From: an uncultured Alphaproteobacteria bacterium
Lineage (GTDB): Bacteria > Pseudomonadota > Alphaproteobacteria > RF32 > CAG-239
DNA: 64,000 nucleotides
NCBI GenBank assembly: GCA_934254585.1
Contig: CAKQLF010000001.1
Span: 28,093-92,092, forward strand
Reading direction: 5' to 3'
Below are positions 56,644 to 64,000 of the stretch, one piece after another. The position numbers and the translations under genes were made by a program. Each line of letters opens with the position of its first letter. The first letter of the stretch is position 1. The notes under the pieces are model-generated. The model was given only the letters and a program-made list of their open reading frames with translations, did not search any database and was not told the DNA's origin.

Positions 56644-57731
56644 GAGCGGCGTAAGGATTTTTCTAAATGTTTTTGCGCAATGGCGTATTCGGTATTATAA
56701 TAGGTTTCGTTTGTTTTTAGCTGTAGTTTATCGGCAAGTTGTTTTTGAAATCGTTTTTCCAAATTGTAAGTCACAACTTCCATTGGAATGGATAAATAGG
56801 TTTCGGAATGATCTTGTAAATAATTTAAGCGGTGGCTGAATAGTTCTTCCATTTCCGGAAAATCAGGATAATCGGCGTTTGTTTGTGCAATGTGCGTGGT
56901 TTCGTGAAAGGCCAGAGTTAAACATTCTATACCGGTGTATTTGGGAAAAAAATCTTTATTCAAGTAAATATTCTGATAATCGGAAAAGGCGTCGGTTTGC
57001 ACCCATTGTGAAATTTGTTGGTCATTATTTACTTGTTTTTGGCTTAAATAGTAAACTTTTGGCGGATTAATTCCATTTACCTCGGCAGTTATTCGGCTTG
57101 TTTCATTAAGAATATAACGCCTGTCTTTTTCACGTAGCGAACTGAAATTTTCTAATTTTTCTTTTATATTCGGGATAGACGCTATTTTAGCAACGATTTG
57201 CTGTAATTTTTGATATTCAGCTTCCATAAAACGTGACGGAATTTTAAGTTGAAGCACCGCCTTAAATTTTTCGCTGTTTTCTTCAATAAAATTATATTGA
57301 TTTTGGCGTATTTTTTCAGTCGGAAACAATGTTTGAGCATAAGAAAAAATAATGTCTAATTTTTTGCGATTACTTAAATTTGCTAAAAGTTTGGGCGAAG
57401 ATTTGCGTAAGATTCTTTTGTTTCTTCGTCTGTTTTCAGGCATAAAATATATACCGTGTTCATAGCTGTCATAAATCATATCACCAAAATATTGAAAAGC
57501 CGTATCATTTAAGTTATCAAGGGTAAAACCATTTATTTTAATCCAAATATCTTTTTTATTTTGCCCGCAGGTGCACTTATAATTTTTGAATATTTCTTTG
57601 ATTTTGTTGATATGGTTAGGACGAAATACCTTAAATTTTACAGACTCAGAAGCGTAATCGTCGAGGTTGGGGACGATATTCAGGATATCTGTGTGGCGTT
57701 CAAGCCATTTATAGTCAGCTTCTTTTATCAT
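56637..57731 (-). CDS. hypothetical protein with HExxH motif (second member of HE[LT]THI family in window)
   Basis: 364 aa, no signal peptide. Motif LAFHETTHIAQ with downstream PEMEE acidic cluster, in the same arrangement as the protein at 11154. Confidence 0.5.
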   Translation of the reverse strand: MIKEADYKWLERHTDILNIVPNLDDYASESVKFKVFRPNHINKIKEIFKNYKCTCGQNKKDIWIKINGFTLDNLNDTAFQYFGDMIYDSYEHGIYFMPENRRRNKRILRKSSPKLLANLSNRKKLDIIFSYAQTLFPTEKIRQNQYNFIEENSEKFKAVLQLKIPSRFMEAEYQKLQQIVAKIASIPNIKEKLENFSSLREKDRRYILNETSRITAEVNGINPPKVYYLSQKQVNNDQQISQWVQTDAFSDYQNIYLNKDFFPKYTGIECLTLAFHETTHIAQTNADYPDFPEMEELFSHRLNYLQDHSETYLSIPMEVVTYNLEKRFQKQLADKLQLKTNETYYNTEYAIAQKHLEKSLRRSY

Positions 57732-57848
57732 AATATCAGTCTAACACTTTTTATGCTAAAAATAAACAAACTTTTTAAATTTTTAATTTTAACAACTTTT
57801 TAACCGGAATTTTTGCATAATATTCGTCAGATATTCAGGAGGACTAAG

Positions 57849-58124
57849 ATGAAAAAATTATTTATGTTGGGTATAGTGGCAATGGTTGCGGCTTGTTCTT
57901 CCTCGCCAAAAGAAACTTATCCGTATGGTTTAAGCGAATCTGAATGGAATCAGCTTTCGATTAAAGATAAAACGAGAATTCGTCGGGATTTTTACTTTTA
58001 TGAAAAAGGACAGGTAAATTTTGTAAATCCGGATATGGATATTGAGGGTAAAAAAGAGCAGCCAAACATCTATCAAAAGAAAATTCAGGGAAAAGTTGAA
58101 ACAAAAAGCTTAGAAAACGAATAG
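57849..58124 (+). CDS. small lipoprotein
   Basis: Track ORF starts at 57813. The better start is ATG 57849 with SD aggagg 7 nt upstream. Lipobox MVAACSS. Confidence 0.6.
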   Translation: MKKLFMLGIVAMVAACSSSPKETYPYGLSESEWNQLSIKDKTRIRRDFYFYEKGQVNFVNPDMDIEGKKEQPNIYQKKIQGKVETKSLENE

Positions 58125-58218
58125 AATGATTTAGCATAACTTTGCTGTTTATAAGAACTCCGGTTAATATTTTGGTTATTAACCGCGAGTTTTTTTGTAA
58201 GCTTACAATAAAATTATC

Positions 58219-58247
58219 TTGCTAATTTTCAGCAAATTAGTTAGAAT
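58219..58247 (+). promoter_or_regulatory. sigma70-like promoter TTGCTA-17-TAGAAT with overlapping 7-bp inverted repeat (ctaattt/aaattag)
   Basis: Read directly. Drives the structured region upstream of pilin-like paralog 3. Confidence 0.45.
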
Positions 58248-58254
58248 GTTTCTT

Positions 58255-58467
58255 GAGTTGGTTGTAACCGGCTTAGGGCGTCAGAAACCCTTTATTCAGA
58301 TATACAGTCGTTAAGCATAAGCGACTTTAAATATGTATGCCGACTTCTGCTCTTTTGGACGGATGTCGGTTTTATAAGGCTATAAGCACGAAAATGCCGA
58401 GCCGTTTTTTGTATATCTGATACGGTTTCTGAACATCCGCCCGCCAACAGGTGGGTTTTGTTTTTTT
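58255..58467 (+). ncRNA. candidate structured RNA (sRNA or cis-regulatory leader/attenuator) ending in an intrinsic terminator
   Basis: A long imperfect inverted repeat, tcagaaaccctttattcagatatac (58281-305) paired with gtatatctgatacggtttctga (58411-432), encloses about 105 nt with an internal stem ccgac...gtcgg. The terminator cccgcc-aaca-ggtggg plus U-run lies at 58440-67. Confidence 0.35.
58440..58467 (+). terminator. rho-independent terminator/attenuator 24 nt upstream of pilin-like paralog 3
   Basis: Stem cccgcc/ggtggg (one G-U pair) followed by ttttgttttttt. Confidence 0.7.
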
Positions 58468-58490
58468 ATAATTATACAGGTGTTTAGAAT

Positions 58491-59111
58491 ATGGGATATT
58501 TTTACAATCAAACAGGTCGTTCAATGATAGAAATGTTAGGCGTTTTGGCTATTATCGCCGTTTTATCCGTGGGAGGTATTGCCGGATATTCTAAGGCAAT
58601 GGAAATGTATAAAGAAGATAAAGTTATTGAAGAATATAGCTATATGCTGACAGGTTTTATTGAACATTTGGATAATTTAAAGCGAAATAAATATGAAAGA
58701 CAAACAGGTATGGTTGATTTTGCTCTATCTGCCAATATTGTACCATCTGTATGGACCAGACTAAGCAGTGATTATATAAATGATAGCTTTGGAAATAAAT
58801 TAAGAATATATATGGGAACAAGTGGTATTTTGGTTATTGATTTTTGGATGGGTGGAAAAACTAAAAAATTTGATACAAAATTTTGCCGTAAATTTTTAAA
58901 TAAAGTTGCTTTTCCCTTACATCAGACATTAAAGCAAATTGATGTGCATCGTAATGAAAATGGAAACTTAAATGGTCTAATATGGAAAGGAGATAATTTT
59001 TGCAGTGCGGGGCAAAAATGTCTTAGAGATATTACGTTGACGGAAATAGATGCGGCTTGCAAAACTTGTGTGGAAGATAGAGAAGTTTGTGCAGTTATTT
59101 TCTGGTTATAG
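58491..59111 (+). CDS. type IV pilin-like protein, paralog 3
   Basis: Sequence MGYFYNQTG-RSMIEMLGVLAIIAVLSVGGIAGYSKAMEMYK has a 9-aa leader ending in Gly, then the conserved block. The C-terminal CSAGQKCL...CKTC...EVCAV is homologous to paralog 1. Confidence 0.6.
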   Translation: MGYFYNQTGRSMIEMLGVLAIIAVLSVGGIAGYSKAMEMYKEDKVIEEYSYMLTGFIEHLDNLKRNKYERQTGMVDFALSANIVPSVWTRLSSDYINDSFGNKLRIYMGTSGILVIDFWMGGKTKKFDTKFCRKFLNKVAFPLHQTLKQIDVHRNENGNLNGLIWKGDNFCSAGQKCLRDITLTEIDAACKTCVEDREVCAVIFWL

Positions 59112-59129
59112 AATTGTCTGATAATAGCG

Positions 59130-59170
59130 TAAAAAGCTAAAAAATGGGGTTAGATTTTGCCCTAACCCTT
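59130..59170. terminator. bidirectional terminator between pilin-like paralog 3 and tRNA-Thr
   Basis: gggttag-loop-ctaaccc flanked by an A-run (a T-run on the minus strand). Confidence 0.65.
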
Positions 59171-59179
59171 TGAAAAGAA

Positions 59180-59255
<76 letters not shown>

Positions 59256-59304
59256 AAACACAATAATACATAAAGCACTTTTCTTTAATTTGCAAGTATT
59301 AACT

Positions 59305-61722
59305 TTATTCTGCGTCACCTTTTTTAAGTGCGTAAAATTGATTGTCTTGCGCCACTTTTTCACCAGAGTGGACAACAATTTGCGGAAACGGAATTTCTAT
59401 TCCTTCTTCAATAAAACGCTTATTGATGGAAAAACGCAAGTCGCTTGGCACAATCCAGCCCTTCCAAATATCATTGGTATAGCAACGTAGTTCAAAGTTC
59501 AAACTGCTGTCGGCAAAGTCTTTGAACAGCACATAAGGTGCCGGATTTTTCATAACATATTTATGAGCAAGCGCACATTCAAGCAAAATTTTACGCACTT
59601 TTTCCACATCAGAACCATAAGCAACCCCGACGGAAATGCTTTGGCGAGAAATATTATCGCCGTGTGTGAGGTTGACAATAGAGCTGGATAACAATGTGGC
59701 GTTTGGCACAATCACACTGGTGCGGTTAAAGCTTTCCATTTCGGTCGAACGAATGTTAATTTGTTTAATTTTGCCTTCTGTGCCGTTCATTATTACCCAA
59801 TCGCCCACCTTAAATGGACGCTCAAATAAAATGATGATACCGGATACAAGGTTTTTAATCACATCTTGCAGACCGAAACCGATACCAACTGAAAGAGCAC
59901 CGGCGATAAAGGCGAGGTTGGTTAAATCAACACCGACAGCAATAATGGCCAATAAACACGATATTATGAAACCGACAAAGCTTATACCGGAAATCAGGGA
60001 GTGTTTAATGCCATCATCAATATCCATATTGTTAAAAACATTGGAGGCCAGATGTTTTTTTATCAGTTTAACCACAGTCAGGGAAATGAAAAATACCATA
60101 ATGCCAAAAGCAATGGCAATTAAAGAAATTTGCACTCCGCCGATTTTGAAACCGAATAAAAGCTTTTTACCCATTTGCAACATAAAGTCACCTGGGAGAC
60201 CCCAGAGATTCAGTAAAATAAAAATGAGTGCCAAAACTAAAACCGGATTAATCAGCGAAGTAAGCCAAAATTCTATCTTACTGACGTTGCGTTTGCTCAC
60301 TTTTATGGATTTCATCCACGGGCTGGCCAAAACTATGCGTTTTAAAATATCAATAAAAGCACGGCGAAACAGCTCGAAAACGCCAATGATAATCATAGAT
60401 AAAATAAGGTTTCGTAAAATAAAAGACGACAGCTCCGGATAGCCTACAAGCGATAAACCGAAAATTGTGGCTAAAAGCAAATTACTGGCAACCATAATTT
60501 TAAATCCGCTGTCAAGAGTGTCTGTTTCTTCTTCAGTTTCTTCAATGGTTTCAGATGTAATACCATTCATTTCCCGATAAGTGTCAACGGCTATTTTGAT
60601 AATCCAAATCAAGAAAAAGGCCTTAACCGCACACGATATCATTGTCAGAAAGTGAATTGTATCAATCGGATATTTAGCTTTTTGCGCCACAATAACCTGA
60701 ATAAGAGCAATGGCGTTAAAGATAATAAACATAAATATTACACGGGTAAAACGCAAAGCTTTTTCGTTGGGAATATTTATCAGTCGCCATTGTTCATAAT
60801 TCGGCGCAAAAGTCACTCGGGAAATGGTGGCTTCAATAATGGCTAAAAATGAGGAAAAACCGGTAATCATTAAAACGTGACCGAGCAGACTGTCTCCAAA
60901 AATTTTGGTGCTGACCATCCAAATCATACCCGCGCCGACAAACGCATCCGGAATTAATCCGCGGGCAATGGCAACGGCAATGGCTGCCACCACCTTACGG
61001 CTGAAATGCGGCAACTCCACATCTTCTTTATATCCCCAGTGGGTTAAAATATATTTACGCAAAATAATGGCCACGGCCAAAGCCGCAATTAAAATCAAAG
61101 CCATAGAAACTATGCTTAAAATGGTGTAACTACGGTCACTTTTAGGGATACTTTGATACCAATCAATCGGGGATTTGGTTATGTCCCAAAAGAAAATAGC
61201 ATAGAGTTTTAAGCTGTTGAAAAAAACCATTGGGTTAATCAAGGCCGATTGTTTGGTGATTAAATCACCATAAACTTTTTTGCTTCGGGCGTTTAAAACC
61301 TGCGTGGTTAAATCTTCTATTTTAACAATAAGCAAATCCGCTTCTTTTAAAACACGGTCTTCAGCGGTTAATTCTTTGGTCAGGGTGTTACGTTGTTTGG
61401 TAATAACCTTGTCCTCAGCGGCTCCGTCTTTAGGTTCTCCAAGCGCGTCTAATTGTTTTTGGATATATTTTATATCCTTATCCAAATCTTTGCGGGTAGC
61501 ACTTATTTGTGCTTCTTGATTACTCAGATAATTGACATATTCATTTATGTTGTCTTCGGTCAGATTCTCGCTTTTTAGGGCGTTGTCTATTTGTTCGAGT
61601 TTTTTATTAATCTTATTAAAATCAATGCTGTTTTGCGTATCTGAGCTATCGGCAAAAGCCGGTAACAAAAACAAGAAAGCTGCAAAAATGGCAATAGAGG
61701 CTGTTTTGAAAAATTTAAGCAT
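59305..61722 (-). CDS. mechanosensitive channel, MscK/KefA-like (MscS family)
   Basis: 805 aa. Signal peptide, periplasmic coiled-coil, about 11 TM helices. MscS core ...FKVGDWVIMNGTEGKIKQINIRST. Confidence 0.85.
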   Translation of the reverse strand: MLKFFKTASIAIFAAFLFLLPAFADSSDTQNSIDFNKINKKLEQIDNALKSENLTEDNINEYVNYLSNQEAQISATRKDLDKDIKYIQKQLDALGEPKDGAAEDKVITKQRNTLTKELTAEDRVLKEADLLIVKIEDLTTQVLNARSKKVYGDLITKQSALINPMVFFNSLKLYAIFFWDITKSPIDWYQSIPKSDRSYTILSIVSMALILIAALAVAIILRKYILTHWGYKEDVELPHFSRKVVAAIAVAIARGLIPDAFVGAGMIWMVSTKIFGDSLLGHVLMITGFSSFLAIIEATISRVTFAPNYEQWRLINIPNEKALRFTRVIFMFIIFNAIALIQVIVAQKAKYPIDTIHFLTMISCAVKAFFLIWIIKIAVDTYREMNGITSETIEETEEETDTLDSGFKIMVASNLLLATIFGLSLVGYPELSSFILRNLILSMIIIGVFELFRRAFIDILKRIVLASPWMKSIKVSKRNVSKIEFWLTSLINPVLVLALIFILLNLWGLPGDFMLQMGKKLLFGFKIGGVQISLIAIAFGIMVFFISLTVVKLIKKHLASNVFNNMDIDDGIKHSLISGISFVGFIISCLLAIIAVGVDLTNLAFIAGALSVGIGFGLQDVIKNLVSGIIILFERPFKVGDWVIMNGTEGKIKQINIRSTEMESFNRTSVIVPNATLLSSSIVNLTHGDNISRQSISVGVAYGSDVEKVRKILLECALAHKYVMKNPAPYVLFKDFADSSLNFELRCYTNDIWKGWIVPSDLRFSINKRFIEEGIEIPFPQIVVHSGEKVAQDNQFYALKKGDAE

Positions 61723-61730
61723 AGGTTCTC

Positions 61731-62735
61731 CTATTTTTTTAGAAGAGTTTTTAAGATGTTATAGGCGTTCTTCGCTGTTCCGGCGCGCAAATCGTCGGCG
61801 ACGCACCAAAAACTGAAACCGTTTTCTACGGATACATCTTGTCGCAACCGACTGACGTAAACATCATTTTCGCCTTGAACATCATTGATTGATACATATC
61901 CGCAGTCAACGTGTTTATCAAAAACTACCACGTCTTTAGTGTCGCGCATTTGGTTGCGAATATTGTCAATATCAACATCATCGGCACATTCAACGTTGAC
62001 AAACTCGCCAATTCCGATAAAGGCCGGAATCACGGCACAATTGGCGTGGACTTTGACATCCGCCCCCAAAATTTTTTTGATTTCAACGTTGGCTGCCCAT
62101 TCATATTTTGTTTCATCGCCGATAAATTCACCAACTTGAGGCAGTACATTGAAAGCAATTTGCTTATGAAAAATTTTTTCATCGTCAACAATAGGTTCGT
62201 TCATAAATATTTTGCGGGTTTGAACAAATAATTCGTCCATTGCTTCGCGACCATAAATTGAGGCCGCCATATAGGTGTTAATAACCAAACGTTTAATTTT
62301 ATGCGTTTCCGCAACTTTTTGCAATGGCAGCATAACTTGAGTTACTTGCGGTGAGGGAACGGCAATAATACCTTTTTGAGCATCAGAAATTTTTTCATCA
62401 TTTAATCCGGCAATAATCAAAGGTACGTCAGAATCCGCCGCATAAGCGGAAGAACAGTCAATAACCGTTACTTTTTTCGCCGTAGCGTGCGGAATATAGC
62501 GTTTGGCTATTTCGTCAGAAGTGGCAAAAACAGCTAATTTAACAGAAGAAAAATCAAAATCATCTAAGTTCCAAACGTCCATATCAACATCTTCGCCGTA
62601 AGACACTTGTGTGCCCAGTGGACTGTTGACGTCAACAGCAAAAATGCTGTCGGCGGAAGTTCCGTTTTCTTCTAAAATATTTAATAATTCACGACCTAAG
62701 CTGTTGTTCACACCTACTATGGCAATTTTATTCAT
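61731..62735 (-). CDS. aspartate-semialdehyde dehydrogenase homologue lacking catalytic Cys/His (USG-1-like)
   Basis: N-terminal Rossmann IAIVGVNNSLG. Overall alignable by eye to short-type Asd. At the active-site position, CPNCST is replaced by VPSPQVT, and the SAHSES His region is replaced by FIGIGEF. Confidence 0.55.
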   Translation of the reverse strand: MNKIAIVGVNNSLGRELLNILEENGTSADSIFAVDVNSPLGTQVSYGEDVDMDVWNLDDFDFSSVKLAVFATSDEIAKRYIPHATAKKVTVIDCSSAYAADSDVPLIIAGLNDEKISDAQKGIIAVPSPQVTQVMLPLQKVAETHKIKRLVINTYMAASIYGREAMDELFVQTRKIFMNEPIVDDEKIFHKQIAFNVLPQVGEFIGDETKYEWAANVEIKKILGADVKVHANCAVIPAFIGIGEFVNVECADDVDIDNIRNQMRDTKDVVVFDKHVDCGYVSINDVQGENDVYVSRLRQDVSVENGFSFWCVADDLRAGTAKNAYNILKTLLKK

Positions 62736-62887
62736 AACACGCCTCTTTAAAAAATTTTAAACTATAGCGGCATAATAAAACAAAAATGTTTATAAATAAA
62801 TAAGATTTACGAAAAAATTATCAATATGTTGCAGTAAGATTTTGGAAACAAGTTGTTTTTTTGTTGTTTGGAATTAAATAAAAAAAA

Positions 62888-62913
62888 GCACTCGTGCGGC
62901 GAGTGCTTTTTTT
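62888..62913. terminator. bidirectional rho-independent terminator
   Basis: A7-gcactcg-tgcgg-cgagtgc-T7. Confidence 0.8.
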
Positions 62914-62928
62914 AGTTAGTGCTTTGAT

Positions 62929-63495
62929 TTAATCTTCAAAACCAAGCTCATCTTCCCCAATATAATACTCAGACTCTTCATTTGGCAATGGGTCCATTTC
63001 GGCGGCTTTTTCCTCCAAATCGGCTTTTTGCATTGCCTCTTCTTCTATAACAGCATAAACAGCCGCCTTAGAATTAGGAGTAAGTCGCTGACGAGGCTTG
63101 CGTGGCTCTACAGAAAGCGGACAATAACGTTTGAACCCGTTAACAGTGTCCTGCAGACCATAAGTCACTCCATTGATGCGGAATTTTTTGCCGGCATCTG
63201 TTTCTGAATCGATAATTGAGTTTTCAATCACCTTTGCCGCGCCGGTAATCACGTCAACAACAATGATATATCCGTTATCGGCACTTTTTACAAACGCGTA
63301 AAAAGGCACACCAGAGTTTTTCTTGAACAGCGGTTGTTTCAGCGTCAGTTTCATCAGGTGAGGTTTTTCATCGGTCAGAAATTGTATGGCATCAATATTT
63401 TTCCGCTTGTTCTTCTGATTAAAGTCTTTAATAGCTTCATCAGATTTAATGTTAGCAAGAATTGCATTCAACTTCTCAAGAGCAATAACATTCAT
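62929..63495 (-). CDS. hypothetical protein with acidic C-terminus
   Basis: 188 aa. No recognisable motif. C-terminal EEEAMQKADLEEKAAEMDPLPNEESEYYIGEDELGFED. Confidence 0.5.
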   Translation of the reverse strand: MNVIALEKLNAILANIKSDEAIKDFNQKNKRKNIDAIQFLTDEKPHLMKLTLKQPLFKKNSGVPFYAFVKSADNGYIIVVDVITGAAKVIENSIIDSETDAGKKFRINGVTYGLQDTVNGFKRYCPLSVEPRKPRQRLTPNSKAAVYAVIEEEAMQKADLEEKAAEMDPLPNEESEYYIGEDELGFED

Positions 63496-63576
63496 AAGTA
63501 AAATAATTAAAGAGTTAATAATAAAATCAATGGTTATTGTATATCATAACTTTTTGGCAAAAGCAAGTACAATTTG

Positions 63577-64000
63577 TCAATTTTGGTTTGTTTTTTTACA
63601 TTTAGCAGTTAAATCAAGCTGTTGTTTATATTCTGAAGTAGAAATTCCGCCAATACTCAGCAACGTGTGAAAAAGGTTATCGTGTGAAATCTTTTTATTT
63701 TTCGCGCTTTCGAGGCATTGTTTGTCTAAATTTAGATTTTGAAATGACGAATCATCGGCCCAAATAAAAAACGGAATATGTTTTTGTTCTTGCGGAGCAA
63801 TACGATATGGAGCCGAATGCAGATAAACATTATATTCGCCTAAAGATTCTCCGTGGTCGGACACATAGAATAACATACTGTTATATTCCGGCTTTTTTTG
63901 TAATATTGAAATGATATCGGCCAAATTTTGCGAGGTGTAAAGAATGGTGTTGTCGTAGGTGTTGACAATTTCTTCGGCCGAACATTTATTCAGTTTTTCG
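63577..64000 (-). CDS. phosphoethanolamine transferase (EptA/sulfatase family), C-terminal part; N-terminus beyond window
   Basis: YVSDHGESLGE...YLHSAPY...P signature of the EptA catalytic domain. The frame stays open upstream of the track start (a TTG at 63924) through to position 64000. Confidence 0.75.
   Translation of the reverse strand, partial: EKLNKCSAEEIVNTYDNTILYTSQNLADIISILQKKPEYNSMLFYVSDHGESLGEYNVYLHSAPYRIAPQEQKHIPFFIWADDSSFQNLNLDKQCLESAKNKKISHDNLFHTLLSIGGISTSEYKQQLDLTAKCKKTNQN

Noticed and set aside
58255-58467. Assignment of the structured RNA to 6S, SRP, RNase P or tmRNA
   Set aside because: I could not find the conserved SRP domain IV motif, a tmRNA tRNA-like end, or RNase P P4 elements by eye. 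Left as an unclassified candidate.

Overview
This looks like an AT-rich chromosomal segment from an alphaproteobacterium with a reduced genome. The synteny blocks mnmE-mnmG-rsmG-parA-parB-dnaE, coaE-dnaQ and secB-Tim44-mltA-smr support that placement. Three perfect parS sites (TGTTTCACGTGAAACA) lie inside rsmG, mnmG and mnmE, so the window is origin-proximal. The minus-strand housekeeping core is dnaE, parAB, rsmG, mnmG/mnmE, typA, trkA, dusB, rho, ppdK, cdnL, trmL, secB, pssA-psd, an MscK-like channel and a partial EptA-like gene. The plus-strand core is coaE, dnaQ, an AmpG-like transporter, rarA, an RluA-family pseudouridine synthase, an AsmA-like protein, acyP, Tim44-like, mltA and smr. There are three tRNAs (Thr-GGU, Leu-UAA, Thr-CGU) plus a 36-nt partial duplicate of tRNA-Thr(GGU). 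The most interesting signal is a dispersed family of three paralogous pilin-like genes at about 34.6, 49.0 and 58.5 kb. All three share an almost identical 5' block encoding RSMIEMLGVLAIIAVLSVGGIAGYSKA, a class-III/prepilin-like hydrophobic segment with Glu at position 5, and carry diverged C-terminal Cys-containing domains. Each is preceded by a GC-enriched, hairpin-dense leader containing an inverted-repeat-flanked segment of roughly 100 bp. Together this suggests a phase- or antigenic-variation or attenuation system. Other notable items are a large autotransporter-like adhesin, a tRNA-Thr-adjacent accessory island (20.6-26.5 kb) with two translationally coupled unknown genes, two HExxH effector-like proteins, a small Cys/Gly-rich peptide co-transcribed with an Hsp20 gene, a candidate oriC or cell-cycle-regulated region (DnaA boxes plus CtrA-like boxes) between rho and coaE, a catalytically dead Asd homologue, and a recurrent 13-15-nt DNA motif confined to the parB-mnmE region. 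All calls are from reading the sequence by eye. No database searches were run.
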